From: Methanothermobacter thermautotrophicus str. Delta H
GTDB taxonomy: Archaea > Methanobacteriota > Methanobacteria > Methanobacteriales > Methanothermobacteraceae
NCBI RefSeq assembly: GCF_000008645.1
Contig: NC_000916.1
Span: 1,650,001 to 1,682,000, forward strand
DNA: 32,000 nt
Reading direction: 5' to 3'
Below are positions 25,646 to 32,000 of this stretch, piece after piece; position 1 is the first letter of the stretch, and each line of letters starts with the position of its first letter. The position numbers and the translations under genes were made by a program. The notes beneath the pieces were generated by a model. The model searched no databases and had not been told where the DNA came from. It saw only the letters and a list, made by a program, of their open reading frames with translations.

Positions 25646-26698
25646 TTGCACACATTATCTTCTGTGGAGGAACTCAGGGAGCTGAATCCATTCATAGTAA
25701 TAGGCTGTGGCGGCGGCGGAGAAAAATTCGCAAACTTTGCGGGTGTTGAGGCGGTAGGATTTGTGGATGACGACCCCAGGAAACATGGAACTGAATTTTG
25801 CGGGTTTAAGGTGTCATCAAGCCTTCTTGACCTTATAAAGGAGACAGACGCCCGTAGCGTTGCCATCATGCTCCCCATAGGTGCCGAGGGCACAGCCCTC
25901 AAGTACGCTGTCCAGGCAATAAATGAGGGCAAAAACGTTGTCACCTCCTTCAGATCACTCCCCCTATCAGAGAACACTTCACTCATTAAATTCGCTGAAA
26001 GGATGAATGTGACCATAAAGGAGATAAGCCCCAGGCTCGATAACATCCGGAGGATATTTGGAGTAGCCCCTTCACGCTGCACCGAGATGCTCCCCAAGAT
26101 AAATTACAGGCATAAGGCACCGCTTGTATTTGTTGGTGGAACCTCACAGGAGTGCGGTAAGCGTACAACCACAAGGCTGCTGGGAAAGGAGGCCATTGAG
26201 AGGGGCCTTGAGGTTGGCGTGATATCAACCGATGAAATGGGTCTGGAACAGCCAGTGGACATAAACTTCCGTGCAGGCAGTCTTTCGGTGATGGATGTTG
26301 CAGCGGCCATCATGGGGTCAGTCAAGTACCTTGAGGAGGAAAAGAACCCTGACATCATATTCATAGAGGGGCAGTCCAGTCTGACTGAAAGGGGTAACCC
26401 CCATCCCAGGGGCTTATCAGCTTCGATACTCATAGGTTCAATGCCAGATGCCACAGTGCTCTGTCACAGACCAAACCATCCCTACAGAAAACCTCGAGGA
26501 ATAAAAGAGGAGATAAGGGCCATAGAGGCACTCGAGCCAACTAAGGTTATAGGCATTTCCTTAAATTTAAGAAACATTAGTGACAGATCAATAATGGAGG
26601 AATATGAAAAACGTTTCGGGCTTCCTGTTGTCGATGTTAAAAATGGGGGGGCATCAAGATTGATGGACGTCATCATGGAATACATAGGGGAGATTTAG
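25646..26698 (+). CDS. DUF1611-family protein (Rossmann-like N-domain plus P-loop-like C-domain; DgcN-related family, from memory)
   Basis: [13 protein letters not shown]...VGFVDDDP N-domain and [19 protein letters not shown]-loop-like segment. TTG start with SD AAGGAGTGAT. The stop TAG abuts the sepF start. Confidence 0.6.
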   Translation: MHTLSSVEELRELNPFIVIGCGGGGEKFANFAGVEAVGFVDDDPRKHGTEFCGFKVSSSLLDLIKETDARSVAIMLPIGAEGTALKYAVQAINEGKNVVTSFRSLPLSENTSLIKFAERMNVTIKEISPRLDNIRRIFGVAPSRCTEMLPKINYRHKAPLVFVGGTSQECGKRTTTRLLGKEAIERGLEVGVISTDEMGLEQPVDINFRAGSLSVMDVAAAIMGSVKYLEEEKNPDIIFIEGQSSLTERGNPHPRGLSASILIGSMPDATVLCHRPNHPYRKPRGIKEEIRAIEALEPTKVIGISLNLRNISDRSIMEEYEKRFGLPVVDVKNGGASRLMDVIMEYIGEI

Positions 26699-27058
26699 TT
26701 GAGGGACATTCTGGAAATGCTGAAAAAAAGTGTCGGACTGGACGAGGAAGTAAGGGAATCCGAGGAGACAGAGACGATAATAGTGCCGGAACATTCATTC
26801 TATGAGATAATCCTACTCAGGGCAGGATCCCTGGGGGATGTGGAGGACGCACTTTCCCAGGTTATCGAGGAGAAAAATCCGGTTATACTTGACTTAACCG
26901 AAATTCAGAGGGATAATCCTGAAGACTTCACAGCCGTCGGTGAACGCATAAAGGATCTGAGGGAGAACCACGGAGCTGAGGCTATACTGATCTGCAATAA
27001 GGAGAAGAATGTTGTTATAATAACTCCAAGGGAAATCAAACTCATCAGGAAGGGGTAG
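26699..27058 (+). CDS. sepF: Cell division protein SepF (FtsZ membrane anchor)
   Basis: About 119 aa. N-terminal amphipathic segment RDILEMLKKSVGL and a DUF552-like core (YEIILLRAGSLGDVEDALSQVIEEKNPVILDLTEI...ILICNKEKNVVIITPREI). TTG 26699 has AGGGGAG 6 nt upstream. ATG 26717 is an alternative start. Confidence 0.8.
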   Translation: MRDILEMLKKSVGLDEEVRESEETETIIVPEHSFYEIILLRAGSLGDVEDALSQVIEEKNPVILDLTEIQRDNPEDFTAVGERIKDLRENHGAEAILICNKEKNVVIITPREIKLIRKG

Positions 27059-27066
27059 TGAACGTA

Positions 27067-28167
27067 ATGGAGCTTCCAATCACCAAACCATCAAAGATAT
27101 CCTACGGTGATGAAATAGACTTCACGGAACTTCTTGAAAGACTCGCCAGGGATGAATACAACGGCTTCATAAGGGTTACGCATGCATCGGATGAGGGTTA
27201 CATCCTTTTCAGGGACGGATCACATGTCGCAGCATCCTACGGACGTTTCATGAAGGGGGAAGCTCTTGATAGGATAATGGAGGTGGCTGATAAAACAGAC
27301 ACCCTAATAGAACTGTTTGATCTTAAAAGGTCACAGCTGGACTATCTCATGGATATAAACAAGATCTATAGAATCGAGGAGACTGCGGCTGAGATAACTG
27401 AAATGCCCGAGGTTGAGGAGGAGTCCTACTTCAACCCCAAGGAGGCAAGCTACAGGCAGCCAGTAACTCCCCGGGAACCTGTAACTGAAAATGAGGAAGA
27501 TGTTAAGGTCAGTGAAGCGGCTCCTGATTCAACAGGAGATGTTTCTGGCGAGGCTGATCAGGGAGTGACTTCAGGTATGGATGTGGCGGTTGAGGGTGAT
27601 GAAGGAACATCTGAATTAACAGATGATAGTTCTGAGGAGACCTCTCAGGAGGAAGCAGCGGTAACAGAATATACTGAAGTTCCACAGGCTTCTGAAGTCT
27701 CTTCCACTGAGGTCACCGTCCAGGAATCTGAAGATGAGTCTGAAGAGACCCGGAAACCCCTCAGCAGGGATGAACTCATGAAAAAATATGGTCTCAAGGA
27801 TATCGGTGAAGAAGAGGTTGAAAGGGTTCTTGAGACATACAAAGGGGGTGCAATTACAGATATAGACCCTGAGAGGGTTGAACTCACCCTGATGAATAAG
27901 ATAAAGATGTCAATACTTGGAATACCCAAAATAAAGGGTGCTGAGGTCATAGTATTCCTTGACAATGCCTATGACCTCAGTGGGAAGATAAAGATAATGG
28001 TTGAACATGAGGGTAAGGGACTGTTCTCTAGGATAATGGGGGACTCCAAGGAGGAGGACAAACTCAAGTTCCACATAATGGACATCGTCGAGATGGAGCT
28101 CAGGAAGACCTTCAGGGATTTCCCTGAGATTGTGGATAACTTTGAGGTGAGTATTGAGATACGCTGA
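27067..28167 (+). CDS. PATAN/DUF4388-like N-domain protein with ~130-aa acidic disordered linker and unknown C-terminal domain
   Basis: FTELLERLARDEYNGFIRVTHASDEGYILFRDGSHVAASYG..KGEALDRIM fits the DUF4388 pattern (tGvLrv..g..G.iyf.dG.ivhA..g...GeeAl). An E/S/T/V-rich linker and a globular tail follow. GTG 27058, overlapping the sepF stop, is an alternative start. Confidence 0.5.
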   Translation: MELPITKPSKISYGDEIDFTELLERLARDEYNGFIRVTHASDEGYILFRDGSHVAASYGRFMKGEALDRIMEVADKTDTLIELFDLKRSQLDYLMDINKIYRIEETAAEITEMPEVEEESYFNPKEASYRQPVTPREPVTENEEDVKVSEAAPDSTGDVSGEADQGVTSGMDVAVEGDEGTSELTDDSSEETSQEEAAVTEYTEVPQASEVSSTEVTVQESEDESEETRKPLSRDELMKKYGLKDIGEEEVERVLETYKGGAITDIDPERVELTLMNKIKMSILGIPKIKGAEVIVFLDNAYDLSGKIKIMVEHEGKGLFSRIMGDSKEEDKLKFHIMDIVEMELRKTFRDFPEIVDNFEVSIEIR

Positions 28168-28213
28168 TCAGATAAGGTCAACTGTTGCCCGGATCGGATA
28201 TCCTGTCCAGAAC

Positions 28214-28234
28214 TAACAATATTTTTATACCGGA
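28214..28234 (+). promoter_or_regulatory. Copy 1 of duplicated TATA-containing box TAACAATATTTTTATACCGGA
   Basis: A near-identical copy lies at 28278-28296, 64 bp downstream, in the 158-bp spacer upstream of minD. Confidence 0.4.
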
Positions 28235-28277
28235 CTTACATGTCTTTAAAGTAGGGTAATTAAAAAGGCGACGTGTG

Positions 28278-28296
28278 TAACAATATTTATATCGGA
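28278..28296 (+). promoter_or_regulatory. Copy 2 of duplicated box TAACAATATTTATATCGGA
   Basis: The TATA core is about 26 nt upstream of the minD SD (GGAGG at 28314-28318). Confidence 0.4.
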
Positions 28297-28325
28297 ATGA
28301 CTGATTATTATCTGGAGGTATTGGA

Positions 28326-29105
28326 ATGACAAGAGTGATTACAGTTGCATCCGGTAAGGGAGGTGTGGGGAAGACAACCATCACTGCAAACCTGGGTGTT
28401 GCGCTCTCAACCTACGGTGAAAGGGTTGTCGTACTTGACGCTGATATAGCAATGGCAAACCTTGAATTAATCCTTGGGATGGAGGGAAAATCCGTTACAC
28501 TGCATGATGTCCTTGCGGGTAATGCTTCAATCGAGGATGCTGTTTATGAGGGACCAAACGGTGTTAGGGTCGTCCCGGCAGGTATATCCCTTGAGGGTCT
28601 GAGGAATGTTAAGCTGGACCGTCTGGAGGATGCCCTGGCCTACCTTATAGAGGATACTGACATACTTCTCATAGACGCCCCTGCAGGGCTTGAAAAGGAC
28701 GCTGTCGCAGCCCTTGCAGCTGCGGATGAACTTCTGCTTGTCACAACACCTGAGGTGCCCTCAATAAGCGATGCCCTCAAGACAAAGATTGTTGCAAGTA
28801 AACTGGATATAAACATAATAGGTGTTGTTATAAACCGTGAACAGTACGATAAAACCTTCCTGAGTGTTGAGGAGGTTGAAACAATACTCGAGGTCCCTGT
28901 AATTGCAGTTATACCGGACGACCCCGAGGTAAGCCGTGCAGCCGCCTTTGGCGAGCCGATAGTCATTAAGAATCCAAAGTCACCGGCAAGTAACGCCCTC
29001 ATGGAGCTTGCAGCAGACCTCATTGGCGAGGAATACCAGCCAATTGAGCCTGACAAGCAGGGAGTTATTGCGAAACTCATAAGCGGTTTAATGGGGCGGA
29101 GATGA
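28326..29105 (+). CDS. minD: MinD/ParA-class septum site-determining ATPase (archaeal MinD)
   Basis: Deviant Walker [18 protein letters not shown] and [16 protein letters not shown] lies 7 nt upstream. Confidence 0.85.
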   Translation: MTRVITVASGKGGVGKTTITANLGVALSTYGERVVVLDADIAMANLELILGMEGKSVTLHDVLAGNASIEDAVYEGPNGVRVVPAGISLEGLRNVKLDRLEDALAYLIEDTDILLIDAPAGLEKDAVAALAAADELLLVTTPEVPSISDALKTKIVASKLDINIIGVVINREQYDKTFLSVEEVETILEVPVIAVIPDDPEVSRAAAFGEPIVIKNPKSPASNALMELAADLIGEEYQPIEPDKQGVIAKLISGLMGRR

Positions 29106-29120
29106 TCACCCCCCGGTGAT
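29105..29120 (+). promoter_or_regulatory. Hairpin ATCACC-CCCC-GGTGAT pairing the minD stop region with the SD of the next gene
   Basis: 6-bp perfect stem with a C4 loop. The 3' arm GGTGAT is SD-like and lies 8 nt before ATG 29129. TTATTTT follows the stem. Confidence 0.4.
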
Positions 29121-29128
29121 TTATTTTG

Positions 29129-29962
29129 ATGCGTGTTGTCAGTGTCGGGACCTGTAACATGGACTTTATCTTCAGGGTGCAGGAGTTTGTTGAACCTGAC
29201 TCTGAGATGTACATAGATGATATCCACATCCTTCCAGGGGGTTCCGCCCTCAACTTCGCTGTCTGGATCTCAGCCCTTGGTTTCAGTTCAGACATCGTGG
29301 CTGCCACCGGCGGAGACATGTATGGGGAAATAATAAGATCCAGACTGGAATCAGAGGGTGTATCCACAGGGTGTCTTTCTGTGGTTGAAAAACCTACAGG
29401 CATGGCCTTCATATCAGTTGATGGCTCAGGCAGAAGGTCAATATATTCATATATGGGGGCCAATGCAGAACTTGAGATCGGAACACCTGAGGGGCGGTGT
29501 ATCAGGGCTGCAGATGCTGTTCATCTTAGCGGCTGCTACGTTGAAGTTGCACAGAGGGTTGCTGAAATCAGGGAGGTTTACTTCAGTCCAGGCCGCCTTC
29601 TGGCAGGCTATGGCCTCGATGTCCTTGAACCGGTACTCAGGAAAACGGAGGTCCTCTTTCTGAATGATGATGAACTTGAGATTCTCACGGGGTCCCGTAA
29701 ATCAGGGATTTCCAGGTTACTGGGTGTCGGTGTTGATTATGTTGTTGTAACCCATGGACCAGGGGGCGCGTCCTTCTTCTCAGCTGACCATTCCCTGGAG
29801 ATGAAGGTTGAGGATGCTGGAGCCATCGACACAACCGGTGCAGGCGATGCCTTTGCAGCGGGTTTCATGTCAGAATGGCTCAGGGGATATGAGCCATTAG
29901 AATGTCTCAGGGGAGGTCACAGGGCAGCCCTTAAGGTGATTTCAAGGTTTGGGGCTTTTTAA
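29129..29962 (+). CDS. PfkB-family carbohydrate/nucleoside kinase
   Basis: N-terminal VVSVGTCNMDFIF and C-terminal DTTGAGDAFAAGF signature. ATG 29129 is preferred over TTG 29126. Confidence 0.8.
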   Translation: MRVVSVGTCNMDFIFRVQEFVEPDSEMYIDDIHILPGGSALNFAVWISALGFSSDIVAATGGDMYGEIIRSRLESEGVSTGCLSVVEKPTGMAFISVDGSGRRSIYSYMGANAELEIGTPEGRCIRAADAVHLSGCYVEVAQRVAEIREVYFSPGRLLAGYGLDVLEPVLRKTEVLFLNDDELEILTGSRKSGISRLLGVGVDYVVVTHGPGGASFFSADHSLEMKVEDAGAIDTTGAGDAFAAGFMSEWLRGYEPLECLRGGHRAALKVISRFGAF

Positions 29963-29980
29963 TGTCTTTTGAGTTTCGGA

Positions 29981-30739
29981 TTAGTTAATTTTGATGAGGT
30001 CTCTGATGTTATCCCGGGACACCCTCCTTATCTCTCTTCTCCCGAAGCCCTCCATCCTCATCCGGTGAACTGTCCTTGGAACAGAAAGGGGATCTGATGG
30101 TGCAGAGCTCATGTCACTGTTTATGACAAATCTTTCGGTCCCGTATTCCCTGAGAATTTCTACTGCTTCAGCAGGAGTGAGCTTCTCCGGCTGCACGGTG
30201 AGGCCAAGGATACATTCAGTTTCAATCAGATGAGGGAGCACATCCATGTTAACATGCTCAATCACGGCCCTCCTCTCATCAATGTTCTCTCCAACAAGAT
30301 CTACTATCAGTGGGGTTATCTCGGCCTTTCTGGTGCGCGGGGTGTGCACAATTACAGGGAATCCCAGCTCATCTGCCATCTGCATCTGCTCTATGAAGAC
30401 CTCTTTTTCAATTTCTGACCCCGAGTCAAGGCCTATTTCACCCACAGCAACAACAGATGAATCCTTAAGGAGAGCTGGAAGTTCTTCAAGGACCCTCCCA
30501 TGATCAGGGGGTATGGCCCTCGGGTGCATCCCCAGTGCCAGGTGCAGTCTGAGGCCTTTACGTGAGGCCCTCCCCGGCTCAACCATGAGAACTCTCCTCA
30601 GGTGTGCAAGGATTACATCTGCTGATAGGGCCTCAAGAGGGTCATGGGCACATGCGATGGCTTCTTCAACACCACTCACAGCCATCAACTCAAAATCCTC
30701 GATGGGTCTAGTGTCTGCATGTATATGACTGTCTATCAG
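29981..30739 (-). CDS. TatD-family metal-dependent hydrolase; start extended beyond the ORF track to a non-canonical codon
   Basis: GEIGLD, FPVIVHTPR and INSDMSS motifs are present. The in-frame sequence upstream of track start 30688 encodes L-IDSHIHAD, the TatD HxH motif, right after SD GGGAGGAG. See the finding. Confidence 0.7.
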   Translation of the reverse strand: MIDSHIHADTRPIEDFELMAVSGVEEAIACAHDPLEALSADVILAHLRRVLMVEPGRASRKGLRLHLALGMHPRAIPPDHGRVLEELPALLKDSSVVAVGEIGLDSGSEIEKEVFIEQMQMADELGFPVIVHTPRTRKAEITPLIVDLVGENIDERRAVIEHVNMDVLPHLIETECILGLTVQPEKLTPAEAVEILREYGTERFVINSDMSSAPSDPLSVPRTVHRMRMEGFGRREIRRVSRDNIRDLIKIN

Positions 30740-30816
30740 TTCAACTCCTCCCTTTTCATTCTATCAAAATATTTAACCCTGAAGGATATAAGTGTAGTGA
30801 GAGGAGTGGTGTATGC

Positions 30817-31671
30817 ATGCATGGCGAGATACTCACTGATGTATATGAATATCTTTATGATGACCTTCAGTTCATCCTTAAATCAGCGGCAAGGTTCCGG
30901 ATAATAGCTTCTCTTCTGGAATCACCGAAAACCTTTGATGAGATAAGGGGGGATGTTAGGGTCAGCCTGCCAGCACTCTACAGTAACCTAAGGCTGCTTA
31001 TGGATGAGGGTTCAGTCAGGTTGAGGGGGGACCGTTACAGCCTCACCCCTGAGATGAAACTCATGGGACTCTCTGCACTGAAGCTGTTTGATTCTGTGAG
31101 GGTTATAAATGGCCTTGAGGATATATGGCTTGACCATGATATAAGCGGGATCCCTCAGGAACTCCTTGAGGATATTGACTGGCTCATCAATTCAGAACTC
31201 ATAGTGGCATCACCTGCAGATATATACAGGCCCCATAACACATACAGGGAACTTATAGGGGGCTCCAGTGAGATATACGGTGTTTCACCCATATCCCACA
31301 GGGACCTCATCGATATATATGAGGGGTTCCTTGAGGAGGGTGTACCCATCGAACTCGTTCTGAGTGACGGTGTTATAAGGGAAATGGTTTTAAATGCAAG
31401 CTTCAGTCTTTTAAGGACATCCATTAAAAACAGAAACCTGAGGGTAAGACGTTTTGAAGGTGATCTGAGGGTTGCCTTCACAGTAACCGATAAGTTCCTG
31501 TCACTGGGCCTCTTTGATAGGAACGGGTTTTATGACCAGAACAGGGATATCATGAGCACCGATGCCAGGGCCATTGAGTGGGGCCTCCGGCTTTATGAGC
31601 ACTACCGTGAAAGATCAGAAAAGCTTGGACTCAGGAACCTTACGAAGATAATGCTTTCAACAGGGAACTAG
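30817..31671 (+). CDS. Winged-helix (ArsR-like) transcriptional regulator with DUF1724/FilR1-type C-terminal domain
   Basis: The N-terminal wHTH (RFRIIASLLESPKTFDEIRGDVRVSLPALYSNLRLLMDEGSV) is followed by a domain of about 190 aa (WLDHDISGIP...). Confidence 0.7.
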   Translation: MHGEILTDVYEYLYDDLQFILKSAARFRIIASLLESPKTFDEIRGDVRVSLPALYSNLRLLMDEGSVRLRGDRYSLTPEMKLMGLSALKLFDSVRVINGLEDIWLDHDISGIPQELLEDIDWLINSELIVASPADIYRPHNTYRELIGGSSEIYGVSPISHRDLIDIYEGFLEEGVPIELVLSDGVIREMVLNASFSLLRTSIKNRNLRVRRFEGDLRVAFTVTDKFLSLGLFDRNGFYDQNRDIMSTDARAIEWGLRLYEHYRERSEKLGLRNLTKIMLSTGN

Positions 31672-31691
31672 CTGATCTGGAGGGAACCGGA

Positions 31692-32000
31692 ATGAAATTT
31701 AAACTGTTATCACCACGTGATGAAGGTGATTTTCAGAATCTCCTTGCTGACATCAGATTTCTGGCCGGCTCACGGGTCAGGTCAAAGATTATATTTGCAC
31801 TGATGGACGGTGAAAGGTCCATTTCTGATATCAGGAAGAGTATGATGGCTCCAGATTCAACCATAACCCATTCCTTAATGGAATTAGAATCAAAAAGGCT
31901 GGTTGAGAGGAGTCAGGATTCCTGCAGATTGACTTCAAAAGGGAAACTTATGGGCGCGGTCCTTTCGAGGTTCATAGCTTCACTGGATGCAGTCAGACTT
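31692..32000 (+). CDS. Second wHTH/ArsR-like regulator (paralogue of the previous gene), 3' end cut by window edge
   Basis: Not in the ORF track. I translated it by hand from ATG 31692, with GGAGGG 7 nt upstream: MKFKLLSPRDEGDFQNLLADIRFLAGSRVRSKIIFALMDGERSISDIRKSM...SKGKLMGAVL. It stays open to base 32000 and has the same layout as 30817..31671. Confidence 0.65.
   Translation, partial: MKFKLLSPRDEGDFQNLLADIRFLAGSRVRSKIIFALMDGERSISDIRKSMMAPDSTITHSLMELESKRLVERSQDSCRLTSKGKLMGAVLSRFIASLDAVRL

Noticed and set aside
25642-26454. Minus-strand ORFs (151, 116 and 80 aa) opposite the DUF1611 gene
   Set aside because: The sense frame has coherent Rossmann and P-loop-like motifs and a strong SD before its TTG start. 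The antisense frames are low complexity.
28640-29227. 195-aa minus-strand ORF antisense to minD
   Set aside because: The sense strand carries an unambiguous MinD with a deviant Walker A and a good SD. The antisense product is Ser/Thr/Ala-rich low complexity with no motif and no SD. It is a typical shadow ORF.
30644-30904. 86-aa plus-strand ORF spanning the TatD / regulator spacer
   Set aside because: It runs through the TatD N-terminal coding region and the promoter spacer in a different frame from the regulator. It has no SD, and it conflicts with two supported genes.
1-32000. Searched by eye for tRNA, rRNA, CRISPR arrays, IS elements, integrases or prophage genes
   Set aside because: None recognised. 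The intergenic spacers are all under about 185 bp and contain only promoter- or terminator-like AT-rich sequence. Without covariance-model tools a small ncRNA cannot be excluded, for example in 5303-5483 or 28168-28325.

Overview
Gene-dense archaeal chromosomal window with about 38 protein-coding genes, short or overlapping intergenic spacers, and mid-range GC by eye. I recognised no rRNA, tRNA, CRISPR array, transposase or integrase. Three things point to a pseudomurein methanogen of the Methanobacteriales, Methanothermobacter-like. These are the gene content, Shine-Dalgarno sequences of the GGAGGTGAT type, and AAACCTTTATATA-type BRE/TATA boxes. This placement is inference from recall, not a database search. 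All functional calls come from reading motifs in the supplied translations, and no HMM or BLAST search was possible.

Contents in order:
- a carotenoid-type isoprenoid cluster (CrtI-like, CrtB-like, UbiA prenyltransferase, and a convergent CruF-like membrane protein)
- C-N hydrolase and MntP
- a proteostasis and repair block (HtrA, MoxR AAA+, VWA/CoxE-like, NucS, M48 peptidase)
- ferredoxin, a MetX-like hydrolase, small unknown proteins, HIT, and a ferritin-like protein
- a 674-aa beta-helix surface protein
- a DUF362 Fe-S protein and nadA
- a minus-strand operon rnz-mscS-sortase-Roadblock fusion
- nadC, ZPR1, a 2-phosphoglycerate-kinase-like gene, and a Roadblock/LC7 gene
- a DUF1611-sepF-PATAN-like operon, then minD, a PfkB kinase and TatD
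- two tandem DUF1724/FilR1-type regulators

Most interesting candidates:
1. A sortase-fold enzyme lies about 3.5 kb from a surface protein. The C-terminus of that protein (MERTG, then a hydrophobic helix, then ARRL) looks like a variant cell-wall sorting signal. Together they could be a protein-to-pseudomurein anchoring system.
2. A bacterioruberin-like gene set sits in a strict anaerobe.
3. A SepF-centred neighbourhood is rich in Roadblock and PATAN-like domains and acidic-linker proteins, but has no GTPase.

Smaller sequence-level oddities:
- a TatD gene whose conserved HxH motif lies upstream of any canonical start codon
- perfect palindromes at overlapping convergent stops
- an RBS-sequestering hairpin
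- duplicated promoter boxes spaced about 61-65 bp apart
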